Under the pieces are notes generated by a model. That model was not told the DNA's origin and searched no databases. It worked only from the letters and a program-made list of their open reading frames with translations. Below, piece after piece: positions 1 to 11,702 of a DNA stretch of 64,000 nucleotides. The translations under genes and the position numbers were made by a program. Position 1 is the first letter of the stretch, and every line of letters starts with the position of its first letter. The DNA comes from Octopus bimaculoides. Lineage: Eukaryota. The stretch spans positions 30,763,601 through 30,827,600 of the forward strand of contig NC_068985.1 in the NCBI RefSeq assembly GCF_001194135.2, given 5' to 3'.

Positions 1-243
1 AAACTATAATTGAAATTGATGTTATAAATTATCATCACCAACACAATTATCGTTTAACATCCACTTTTCTATGCTTGCATGGATCAGACAGAACTTGTTG
101 AGGCAGATTTTCTATAGCAGGATGCCCTTCTTGTTGCCAACCCTCACGTATTTCTAAGGATATGTATTTTCAGAAATGATGCTAAATAAGAATTTATGTG
201 TAATATCATCTTTAAAATCTTGTTTGCATATATTTTCTTGCAG

Positions 244-456
244 TTCCAGTGTTGTGGGATCAATAACTACACAGAATTTCATTATGCCAAAAAATGGGAC
301 CGGAGAACTAAAATTAGGGGCATGCAATACTTGAAAATAATTCCTGATACCTGCTGTTCTCGCAGGGTTGATATTTTAAGTGAAAAACAGTTCAAAGAAA
401 TGACTGACACAAACTGTACTATTAATCCGACTCTTACAAATTCATATATTGGAAAG
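244..456 (+). CDS. Tetraspanin, large extracellular loop exon (gene starts before the window)
   Basis: Acceptor ttcttgcag| at 243 and donor |gtaaat at 457; 213 nt, phase 0/0. Encodes FQCCGINNYTEF...IPDTCC...TNC...SYIGK, with the CCG and PxxCC tetraspanin motifs. Confidence 0.92.
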
Positions 457-631
457 GTAAATTTTATCTGTTATCTTGTAGCTTTTAGAGCCATTTATTT
501 GTTGTTATAATGTAGATGTGGTTTCAGATTTATTGCACAGTGTGGCACCTTGGGCAATTATCTCCCACTATAGCCCTGGGTTGACTAATGTCTTATGTGT
601 GAATTACATAGACAGAAACTATGTGGAAGCT

Positions 632-725
<94 letters not shown>

Positions 726-1710
726 NNNNNNNNNNNNNNNNNNNNNNNNNNNNNNNNNNNNNNNNNNNNNNNNNNNNNNNNNNNNNNNNNNNNNNNNNNN
801 NNNNNNNNNNNNNNNNNNNNNNNNNNNNNNNNNNNNNNNNNNNNNNNNNNNNNNNNNNNNNNNNNNNNNNNNNNNNNNNNNNNNNNNNNNNNNNNNNNNN
901 NNNNNNNNNNNNNNNNNNNNNNNNNNNNNNNNNNNNNNNNNNNNNNNNNNNNNNNNNNNNNNNNNNNNNNNNNNNNNNNNNNNNNNNNNNNNNNNNNNNN
1001 NNNNNNNNNNNNNNNNNNNNNNNNNNNNNNNNNNNNNNNNNNNNNNNNNNNNNNNNNNNNNNNNNNNNNNNNNNNNNNNNNNNNNNNNNNNNNNNNNNNN
1101 NNNNNNNNNNNNNNNNNNNNNNNNNNNNNNNNNNNNNNNNNNNNNNNNNNNNNNNNNNNNNNNNNNNNNNNNNNNNNNNNNNNNNNNNNNNNNNNNNNNN
1201 NNNNNNNNNNNNNNNNNNNNNNNNNNNNNNNNNNNNNNNNNNNNNNNNNNNNNNNNNNNNNNNNNNNNNNNNNNNNNNNNNNNNNNNNNNNNNNNNNNNN
1301 NNNNNNNNNNNNNNNNNNNNNNNNNNNNNNNNNNNNNNNNNNNNNNNNNNNNNNNNNNNNNNNNNNNNNNNNNNNNNNNNNNNNNNNNNNNNNNNNNNNN
1401 NNNNNNNNNNNNNNNNNNNNNNNNNNNNNNNNNNNNNNNNNNNNNNNNNNNNNNNNNNNNNNNNNNNNNNNNNNNNNNNNNNNNNNNNNNNNNNNNNNNN
1501 NNNNNNNNNNNNNNNNNNNNNNNNNNNNNNNNNNNNNNNNNNNNNNNNNNNNNNNNNNNNNNNNNNNNNNNNNNNNNNNNNNNNNNNNNNNNNNNNNNNN
1601 NNNNNNNNNNNNNNNNNNNNNNNNNNNNNNNNNNNNNNNNNNNNNNNNNNNNNNNNNNNNNNNNNNNNNNNNNNNNNNNNNNNNNNNNNNNNNNNNNNNN
1701 NNNNNNNNNN
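726..1710. other. Assembly gap (first of 13)
   Basis: N runs at about 726-1710, 5400-6245, 7363-7770, 10269-10922, 17724-18714, 19497-20161, 28817-28826, 29594-29603, 34607-34668, 39986-40496, 46481-47007, 52921-52935 and 59207-59732. Most abut microsatellites. Confidence 0.98.
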
Positions 1711-2361
1711 TGTATGTATGTATATACATAATATACATATATATATATAAGTATATACATATATCTTATCTATAAAAGGTAGATTTTCTCTGTGTGTGTG
1801 TGTGTGTGTTTAAAATTGTCATTATATTTGTGTTGGTTTGTCCACCAACATCCCCATAACTCAGCAGTTCAGCAAAAGAGACTGATGGAATAGGAACCAG
1901 ACTTAAAATAAAAAATACAGGAATCAATTCTTTCGACTAAGCTCTTCAAGGCAGTGCCCCAGCATGGTCACAGTCCAATGACTGAAACAAGAAAAATATA
2001 AAAGGTAAGGTATTTTCTCTCTGAAGCATGACAAGTAGAGTGCTGGACTATGTAAATTTTAGTATTTCATTCTATCCCTTTACAATCTGATCACACATCT
2101 TTCTTGGGTTGATCTAACCTTCTATCATTCTAACATCAGCAAAATGTACTGTAGATGATGCTACAATTGACAGTTTCTTACACCAATTCTGATTCATGAC
2201 TTTGCGCCAAGGTGAGACATTATTATAAAATATATTACACAACATGCCTGGTCAAGAAATAATTTTCCATCAAAATATAGTAATGCCAGAAATAGATTTA
2301 TTATTAATTTATTAGCTATCTTTAATTTATTACAACTTACCATATGTATACTAATAGTATT

Positions 2362-2565
2362 TTAACCCTTAAGCATTTAAATCAGCCATATCCAGCCCAA
2401 ATATTCTACTTGTTTTAAGTTCAAACTGGCCAGATCTAGCCTCTCATACCTACCCTACAATGCTATTTTAAAAATAAATAATGATATCATCATAATCTTG
2501 AAGCTTCAAGATAATGCATGATTAATTTCAAATAATAAGACAGAATAATCTGAATGCTAGGATTA
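2362..2565. mobile_element. piggyBac-like MITE (TTAA-CCCT terminus); reverse-oriented relative at 38176-38390
   Basis: Starts ttaacccttaagcattt; the internal sequence matches the reverse complement of 38176-38390. Confidence 0.55.
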
Positions 2566-3579
2566 TAGCTTAATTCTTTTGTTATCATATTTCTGTTGAA
2601 ATACACTGTTTTTGCTTAAATTAATTTTGAAAATAATGAAGAATTTGGTAAAATACCTTTATCATTTTTAAGTTAGTGTTTGCAGCATAAATTAACATTT
2701 TAATTTAGTTCACTTTAAAGGCAGTAATGTTCTATGATAGCAGAGTCAGGCAGGTTGGTGTCAAAAGAGTTAAGTAACTGGAATTGGAAGAAAATATTAC
2801 TTCATTTGGGTTGTTGTTGTTGTTCATATCTTCAGATCATCCTTAGGTGAGCAGGCATATCATCAAGCATAACCATCTTATCTCTTTTCAAGAGCATCTC
2901 AGACATTATTTAGTGTTTCCTTCACTTTTTTTAAAACCGTAGACTGTGACTTAAAGAAACTTGGCTGATTCATTCAACAGAACAATTGACTAGATGAAGG
3001 TGATACTTGAGGAAGTGAGGATTATAAAGTCATGAGATGGAACACTTAGATATCAATTCATGTGAATGTTGCTTTGACATGCTTTGTATCCCATTTCTTT
3101 ATTAACATTGAAAATGCAGTCCTCGTTGATCATATAAAAATGTCAATAATTAATCTAATAAACTGACATTTAGAAATTACATTGATTTTATAATACATCA
3201 ATACCTATACTATGTCACAGTTTTCAAATTCACTCATTCACACACCATCTTCTGGAGCCACTACATTAAAGTAAACTATATGCATATTAACTAGTACATC
3301 TTGCCTATGACAAAAATGGCTAAGTTAATCGATAGAGTAACATAATACCGATAGATAAATCTAATATTTGTATCTTTTAACAGTTCTATGTTACACCCAT
3401 GACTAGGTCAACTTATTTCTTGAAACAACCAGAGCGCAGCTCTTAGTAGATATCAAATAGTGCTTATACAACTCAAGAGTTATGGAACCTGCACACAGTT
3501 TTATGCATTTTTTTGTATGTTTCATTTAATATAATGACATCATTTGTTCATGTATAATTTGTAATTATTTTTGTTTCAG

Positions 3580-3663
3580 AGTTGTTGGGGTACAATACAG
3601 GCTTTATTAAACGAACAGAGTGGACTGATGATGGGAATTGGTGTAACAGTGCTAGGATTTGAG
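3580..3663 (+). CDS. Tetraspanin exon: last LEL cysteine and start of TM4
   Basis: ttgtttcag| ... GAG|gtaagt; 84 nt, phase 0/0. Encodes SCWGTIQALLNEQSGLMMGIGVTVLGFE (xC motif, then a hydrophobic helix with the typical polar Glu). Confidence 0.9.
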
Positions 3664-4149
3664 GTAAGTCATTGCAGGAAAGGGAACTATAACACTTGGA
3701 TCACTACAATCCTGTTCTGCTGTTCAGAACTTATCATATTCTATCAAATTGTCAAAACCACTTTCAATTTTTCTAGTATTTTCATTATCATTATACTCAT
3801 AATACTAATTCATCCCATTTGGACCTTGGAGCATTCATAGCTATCAAGATGATAGATAGCCTAAATCATCTTATCAAGTTGACAAGAAAGAATCTTTGTA
3901 TGATTGGTCAACCTGCTAGAAATAGAAGTTAAATATCCCTGAAATCATATCATACTATTTTAAATAAGAAATAGAGGAATTCTAAAAAGTAGTCCTTGAC
4001 AAAGGTTATTTTAAGAGGAGATTCATTAAAATCACCTTTTCAAGATAATACTCTGGTCCATCTTCTATTAATGCATCAGTTCTACAAGAGATACATCAGT
4101 TCTCAGTTTTCATAGATCACCTGGTCAATTTCTGTGAAAATGAGTCATT

Positions 4150-4930
4150 GAAAACCCATGTTGAGTAAGCTCAACAGTAGACACCAATACAAGAACAGTT
4201 AGCTTAAACAAAGACCTTGCAAAGATGAACGTTTGGGCAGGTGATTGGAAAATAACATTTGAGCCATCAAAATGTAAAGCAATGGTCCTGTCAAGGAAAA
4301 AATAAACCCATCAAACCTTCCATAGCACTTTGGTAATTACAGGCTGTGTATGAAAAAACAGCTTGAGATTTTGGCCATAACCATAGACAGAGTCTCGTGT
4401 GGGCAGAACATATCCCCACTGTATGTAATAAGAGAGGCTTGAAATCCCCACTGTATGTAATAAACAGAGGCTTGAAATATTACAAAAAAATTGCAAATGA
4501 GCTGAACGTAGAAAGAGGAGCCATCTTTTAATGAATCCAGATCCAAAACATTCTGGTGTAAATCAGATTATGCTGGACAAATAAATACCTCACAGACTAA
4601 GTATACTTATACGATTTACTACTGTCAAAAGGAGAGCTCTTAAGATCATAGACATTATTGGAGCAGATGCTGCCAGAAAAATTCACAGTCAATACAGGAG
4701 ACAAGTTGCAGCAATAATAGCTCTATACAAAATGTGTACACAGCACAGCTTATCAGAAAAACTCAGCAATGTTCTGTAGCAGTACAAAATAAATTGTCTT
4801 TACAAAAACCAATACATTGCACAGCCTCTCAACACCTGATACAAAGAGTTACACTCTGGACAGAGCCTTTTCTATTCAGCTATCAGAGTTTGGAACAAAC
4901 TTCCAAGGATAGTCAGAGGTTATCTCAAGC
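4150..4930 (+). mobile_element. CR1/L2-like LINE 3' fragment
   Basis: LNKDLAKMNVWAGDWKITFEPSKCKAMVLSRK, RRQVAAIIALYKM and a degenerate R-x-WNxLP motif. There is an internal ~32-bp tandem duplication at 4412-4478. Confidence 0.75.
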
Positions 4931-5125
4931 TTTCAAAGGCTGAGAGAATAAATAGTGTTTGTCATTCTCACATTGGCAATCCAGTGAAGAAGTCAATATC
5001 CTTTGGAAATTTATAACCAATGACAATTGTTTGCTAAGGCATTACATAAATTTAAAAAATATGCTTACAAATGAATATGTATGTATTGATATATGTATGT
5101 GTCTCTGTGTGTATTTGTGTGTGTG

Positions 5126-5167
<42 letters not shown>

Positions 5168-6245
5168 CATATTATATTATATTTATCATAAGATATTTAC
5201 TTTACTTTATATTATACTCATTTATTGTGCTTTTAATTATTAATTTTTCTATATGTGATAGTGGATTTTCATCGATGAGTTCTTGAAACTTGGTTATTTT
5301 CCCTAAAACTATATATTTTATATATATTTTATCTATAAAGCTCAATTTAATTTTAATTTTTTATAAATTGATTTTAATTGAGTTTTTACCTGTAATTTTN
5401 NNNNNNNNNNNNNNNNNNNNNNNNNNNNNNNNNNNNNNNNNNNNNNNNNNNNNNNNNNNNNNNNNNNNNNNNNNNNNNNNNNNNNNNNNNNNNNNNNNNN
5501 NNNNNNNNNNNNNNNNNNNNNNNNNNNNNNNNNNNNNNNNNNNNNNNNNNNNNNNNNNNNNNNNNNNNNNNNNNNNNNNNNNNNNNNNNNNNNNNNNNNN
5601 NNNNNNNNNNNNNNNNNNNNNNNNNNNNNNNNNNNNNNNNNNNNNNNNNNNNNNNNNNNNNNNNNNNNNNNNNNNNNNNNNNNNNNNNNNNNNNNNNNNN
5701 NNNNNNNNNNNNNNNNNNNNNNNNNNNNNNNNNNNNNNNNNNNNNNNNNNNNNNNNNNNNNNNNNNNNNNNNNNNNNNNNNNNNNNNNNNNNNNNNNNNN
5801 NNNNNNNNNNNNNNNNNNNNNNNNNNNNNNNNNNNNNNNNNNNNNNNNNNNNNNNNNNNNNNNNNNNNNNNNNNNNNNNNNNNNNNNNNNNNNNNNNNNN
5901 NNNNNNNNNNNNNNNNNNNNNNNNNNNNNNNNNNNNNNNNNNNNNNNNNNNNNNNNNNNNNNNNNNNNNNNNNNNNNNNNNNNNNNNNNNNNNNNNNNNN
6001 NNNNNNNNNNNNNNNNNNNNNNNNNNNNNNNNNNNNNNNNNNNNNNNNNNNNNNNNNNNNNNNNNNNNNNNNNNNNNNNNNNNNNNNNNNNNNNNNNNNN
6101 NNNNNNNNNNNNNNNNNNNNNNNNNNNNNNNNNNNNNNNNNNNNNNNNNNNNNNNNNNNNNNNNNNNNNNNNNNNNNNNNNNNNNNNNNNNNNNNNNNNN
6201 NNNNNNNNNNNNNNNNNNNNNNNNNNNNNNNNNNNNNNNNNNNNN

Positions 6246-6377
6246 ACAAGCTCCATTTATTCATGTAGTGAGAACACCACAGAATGTACAATGAAAATGT
6301 ACTCCTCAGCTGCATAAGGAGTACATTTTAATTGTACATTCTGTGGTGTTCTCACTACATGAATAAATGGAGCTTGT
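6246..6377. repeat. Near-perfect hairpin (60 of 61 bp paired, 10-nt loop), left end cut by a gap
   Basis: 6246-6292 pairs perfectly with 6331-6377, then one G/A mismatch, then 6294-6306 pairs with 6317-6329. Confidence 0.95.
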
Positions 6378-6402
6378 ACGAAACGTACGTACTGCTATAA
6401 CC
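6246..6402 (+). ncRNA. Candidate hammerhead ribozyme with very long stem II (5' core hidden in the gap)
   Basis: The hairpin is followed directly by AC-GAAA-CGTACG-T-A-CTGCTATAACC (GAAA, palindromic stem III, GUA triplet, stem I strand). CUGANGA is not visible. Confidence 0.5.
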
Positions 6403-6529
6403 TATTGAATTTTTGTTGCTTACCTTCAAATTTTATTCACCAAATCTCTTGATTTTGTTTTTGGTTTTTATCCTACCAAATTCTGGTGCCTCAAACATTT
6501 TAAGTACCACATTTAATCTTTTGATTAAA

Positions 6530-6564
<35 letters not shown>

Positions 6565-6639
6565 CATATGTATGTATGCATATGTATGTACGTATGTATG
6601 CATTCATACGTGTATGTATGTTTACATACACGTCTGACA

Positions 6640-7330
6640 TGTTCTTCTCTAAACTATCCTGTGTCAATGACAGACCCACTGCTGTTATTTAACATGCTAT
6701 CATTAGGAAAGACTCAACATACAGATGGTGCACACTGGTCCATCCCAGACGAAATTTCTATCTAGGAATATACCACAGATAGTATTGTGGCATACAGACT
6801 GTCCAGTTGCCCCAACAGTTACTTCAAAATATTTTTGACGGTCTATATAGTATACAAGGTAGTCTACAGAAAATGTGAGACATCCAACATTGAGTGCACC
6901 ACCAAAAAATTGCACATCCAAATCAAAGAACATATGCCCACAGGCATTTCAAACCCTAGGTCTAGCAAGTGTTAGACCCAGGGTTTCAAGGTATCCATCA
7001 AGACCACTCAATGCAACAGAGGCAATCTCAGAATCATAGAGTTTCTCCTTATCAACAAACTGGGACCAGCCATAAACAACAGAAAAGAACTGCTTGAAGC
7101 AAACTGGTTACAGTAGCAACACTAGTATGCATATGCCACCCTCCTCCCCATCATATCTGAACAACTAATTTTTCCACCCCTCGTTTTCCCACATGCCCTG
7201 AAGAAGGAGATCATAGCCTCAAAATGTAGTAATATAATGTAAAACTACAACTTTGTTTTTTGTTTTGTTTTCTTTTTTACTGCTTACTTTATACCTTCTC
7301 ACATTGTTCTGGCCTTATCCAACAAGACTC
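6640..7330 (+). mobile_element. Penelope-like element 3' remnant (GIY-YIG endonuclease plus pLTR-like tail)
   Basis: VYKVVYRKCETSNIECTTKKLHIQIKEH resembles the PLE VYxxxCxxCxxxYIGxTxRxLxxRxxEH motif, and LRIIEFLLINKLGPAINNRKE resembles the PLE endonuclease C-terminus. A decayed hammerhead-like CTGAAGA..GAG..CTC-AAAA-TG-TA lies at 7191-7235. Confidence 0.7.
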
Positions 7331-10232
7331 TTTAATGAAATATATATATACATATATGTACANNNNNNNNNNNNNNNNNNNNNNNNNNNNNNNNNNNNNN
7401 NNNNNNNNNNNNNNNNNNNNNNNNNNNNNNNNNNNNNNNNNNNNNNNNNNNNNNNNNNNNNNNNNNNNNNNNNNNNNNNNNNNNNNNNNNNNNNNNNNNN
7501 NNNNNNNNNNNNNNNNNNNNNNNNNNNNNNNNNNNNNNNNNNNNNNNNNNNNNNNNNNNNNNNNNNNNNNNNNNNNNNNNNNNNNNNNNNNNNNNNNNNN
7601 NNNNNNNNNNNNNNNNNNNNNNNNNNNNNNNNNNNNNNNNNNNNNNNNNNNNNNNNNNNNNNNNNNNNNNNNNNNNNNNNNNNNNNNNNNNNNNNNNNNN
7701 NNNNNNNNNNNNNNNNNNNNNNNNNNNNNNNNNNNNNNNNNNNNNNNNNNNNNNNNNNNNNNNNNNNNNNATATATATATATATATATAACAGTTTGTTT
7801 TTATATATAGTTACACATAAAAAAAAGTGGTTTGGGATATTGATGGATCAATTTGTTCAGTAACTAAATATAGCACTGGATTATATTTTGTGCATGACAC
7901 ATGGGACCTAAGTTTTGGATTTATAGGTGTTTCTTTTCGTTATTAGCTGAAACTATTTAAGCATATATGTAAACTGAGGTGAGAAAGACTTTATATCTGA
8001 ATGTAAACACAGATGAAAGTGAAGTTTTAAAATGTCATATTAAACAGAATATAAATTCAATCATATATTATACCAGGAATTATTCAATTGAGTAAACTCC
8101 TTTCCTGAAAATGTATTTCCTTTGTAATAATGTTAGAAATTATTATAACACCTCACTCATAACTCTTAAATCCCCCAGTTCTATCAGCACAATGGGCTAT
8201 GAGCCTTCTCCAAACATCCCAATTTCTCACTTTTCTCAATTCTACTTAGGCAGGCTCCCATCTTTATCATGTCATCCTGGAACGTACTGCGCCATGTCTT
8301 CCTTGGTCTTCCAGTCTCTTATTTTCCTCCTACTGGAATGTAGTCATTTATACATTTATCAGTAAACATACATTCACTTTATCCATCAACAGTCATACAC
8401 TCTCAATCAAAGATGTTCATTTTCAAAACACTTACACACACATCACATGTATTTATATGAATGTCTTTCTCTTTTGCTTGTAGTTGGAAAATACATTCAA
8501 TGCATTCAAAAAGTTTATATTAAAGTAACAGGCACAGTCATATTCAAACATACTCGCACATTGATTTTGTTTAACACTCACACATAAGTTTTGATAAATA
8601 TGTCCTTCAAACAGACTCATTCAATCTAACTATCCTTATATTTTCATTAAAAATATTCAATAAATTTCTTTTTAACCAAAGTGTGCATGAGTATGCAGCT
8701 GATAAAAATTAAACCAACAACATTAGCCACACCCTTCATAAATAAAAGATTATCTCTGGGGCGTAAATGATGCATAGTAAGTAATACAAAATGTCTTACC
8801 ATTTAATCTGCAATAACAGGCTTAAATCCTGACCAGCTTAACACAATCCAGCTGTTTAAAATGTATTCCCACTTGTAAAAGTCACCTTCAACCATCATTT
8901 AAAGTTTAAAAATACCATATATCATTAGTTTAGTGACTGAATGAGTTGATATCTGATTTTATTCAAATGACTAAAACAGAATGAGTATAAATTCCAACTA
9001 GAACAAGTGCAACTTTTCACAATTGTAATAAAAAGTACATAGTATTTTATTGGTTTCAGCCACTGAGAATATGTATAACCATTCTGATAATAAATTCTTT
9101 TATTAATGTAAAGTAGCAAATATGAGATAACTACAAAATAATAGAAAAATTAAAATGTTTCACAAATCACATGGATCCATACGTATGGCTTGTTATAAAG
9201 TCCAGTTTTTTTAATATAATATTAACTAGATAAGAAACAATTTTTACTTGTGGATAAAATTTTCATCACAGGTAAATTTTCTCAGAAGGAAAAGGGCTAC
9301 TGTGTGTTCCAAACATGCCAAAGTAATCACTGCTGCATAACTTTCATGAAACTGCCAATGAAACTGCTGGAGGGAGTCATAGTATCAGTAGGTACTGATA
9401 TTATTGTGATCTCTTTACGATAGCTACTGTTGTGCAAGTTACTTGGACTACATGCATATATAAATATACATGTATACATACTTACATGCATATATACATA
9501 CAAGCATACATATATATATATATATTATTTATATTTTATATATATATACATATATATTTATTGTGTGTGTGAAACATCTCAGGAAATCTGCATCAAACAC
9601 ATGGGAAAATAATTACTTAATATTAGAACACATTTTGTTTCTGCAAACAAAACTCACAACTTGTTTCATCAGCTTTGACAAACAAGACAGTAGTAATTCC
9701 ATAATACTATTTCATGAGTACCATGAAGCTTTTGATTGGCTACTGTTCTAAATGAATCAAGATATGAATCAGCGGAAAGGAACAAAAAAATCTCTTCATA
9801 TTTATATATATATTTATATATTTGTGTGTGAGTTTGTTTATTTGCATGTGTGTGCACATGTAGATATATATATGTGTGTACTTGGGTGTTATGAATGTAG
9901 TATGTATGAATGTATGAATGTATGTATGTATGTATGTATGGATGGATGGATGGATGGATGGATGGATGGATGGATGTTTGAGTGTGTGTGTATGTATGTA
10001 TGAGTATAAGCAAAGGCAGAGCTGCTGTTTGTATGATTTTTGACAAAATTATTAGCTAGATTCATGACAAAAAATATAGAACCAAATCAGAGATAGAAAC
10101 CATCTGAGGACTCACGATGAGAATGCCATCAAACCTGTTATACTTATGTCTGCAATGAGAGAGTGGTTATTTGTGATATCAAGTTGATGATCACCATATG
10201 TACAAATGTGCATATGTATATATGCATGCATG

Positions 10233-10268
<36 letters not shown>

Positions 10269-10922
10269 NNNNNNNNNNNNNNNNNNNNNNNNNNNNNNNN
10301 NNNNNNNNNNNNNNNNNNNNNNNNNNNNNNNNNNNNNNNNNNNNNNNNNNNNNNNNNNNNNNNNNNNNNNNNNNNNNNNNNNNNNNNNNNNNNNNNNNNN
10401 NNNNNNNNNNNNNNNNNNNNNNNNNNNNNNNNNNNNNNNNNNNNNNNNNNNNNNNNNNNNNNNNNNNNNNNNNNNNNNNNNNNNNNNNNNNNNNNNNNNN
10501 NNNNNNNNNNNNNNNNNNNNNNNNNNNNNNNNNNNNNNNNNNNNNNNNNNNNNNNNNNNNNNNNNNNNNNNNNNNNNNNNNNNNNNNNNNNNNNNNNNNN
10601 NNNNNNNNNNNNNNNNNNNNNNNNNNNNNNNNNNNNNNNNNNNNNNNNNNNNNNNNNNNNNNNNNNNNNNNNNNNNNNNNNNNNNNNNNNNNNNNNNNNN
10701 NNNNNNNNNNNNNNNNNNNNNNNNNNNNNNNNNNNNNNNNNNNNNNNNNNNNNNNNNNNNNNNNNNNNNNNNNNNNNNNNNNNNNNNNNNNNNNNNNNNN
10801 NNNNNNNNNNNNNNNNNNNNNNNNNNNNNNNNNNNNNNNNNNNNNNNNNNNNNNNNNNNNNNNNNNNNNNNNNNNNNNNNNNNNNNNNNNNNNNNNNNNN
10901 NNNNNNNNNNNNNNNNNNNNNN

Positions 10923-11260
10923 TGCTTCACTACCTTATCCCAGGTCTTCCTGGGTCTACCTCTTGCACAGGTTCCCTCAACTGCTAGGGTGTGGCACTTT
11001 TTCACGCAGCTATCCTCATCCATTCTTGCCACATGTCCATACCAGCACAATCATCTCTCTTGCACACCACAACTGATGCTTCTTAGGTCTAACTTTTCTC
11101 TCAAGATACTTACACTCTGTCGAGTATGCACACTGACATTACACATCCATTGGAGCATACTGGCTTCGTTTCTTGCAAGCTTACGCATGTCCTCAGCAGT
11201 CACGGCCCATGTTTCACTGCCATGAAGCATGGCTGTTCGTACACATGCGTCATACGACAT
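10923..11260 (-). mobile_element. RTE-clade LINE 3' fragment
   Basis: YDACVRTAMLHGSETWAVT...LREKL and WYGHVARMDEDSCVKKC...GRPRKTW, the typical RTE ORF C-terminus. Confidence 0.88.
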
Positions 11261-11274
11261 AGCACAAGCAATGT

Positions 11275-11580
11275 ATTAGTATGACACTCGGAGAAAGAAA
11301 GGAATAGTTGTTTTATATTTTAAGCATAGCTCTTCTTCAGAAACAAGAAAAACAGAAAAGTCCAAAGGAAAGAAGGAAGAAGAAGGAAAAAAATTGCCAA
11401 TAATCCATGTGCAATTATATTTCAGGTTATATATAGTTTGAGAGGGATAACTTCCCTTGGCAAACAGGACACAGTCGTGTGTCGATAAGCCAGCTGGAGG
11501 AGATGTCCTCCTGGGGCTAAAAGCAACAGTAACATCCACCCCTAGGGGTCAGCCACACTTAAGTGGCAATATACTACACT
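11275..11580 (-). mobile_element. Penelope-like pLTR / retrozyme-like fragment carrying the 11308-11346 hammerhead
   Basis: Non-coding segment with a hammerhead near its 3' end, next to a (TA)n tract; boundaries approximate. Confidence 0.45.
11308..11346 (-). ncRNA. Degenerate minimal type I hammerhead motif
   Basis: Minus strand reads TTGTTT-CTGAAGA-A-GAGC-tat-GCTT-AAAA-TA-T-A-AAACAA. Stem I is perfect; every deviation from GCTC-GAAA-CG is a CpG-type transition. Confidence 0.6.
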
Positions 11581-11640
11581 TTATCGTGCAGTTACTGTTA
11601 ATACTTCATTTAGAGAATTAACATTGCTATATATATATAG

Positions 11641-11702
<62 letters not shown>

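Noticed and set aside
518-1775. Long ORFs spanning N runs (also at 5.3, 7.3, 10.2, 17.6, 19.4, 40, 46.4 and 59.1 kb)
   Set aside because: Artefacts of translating gaps as X plus flanking microsatellites.
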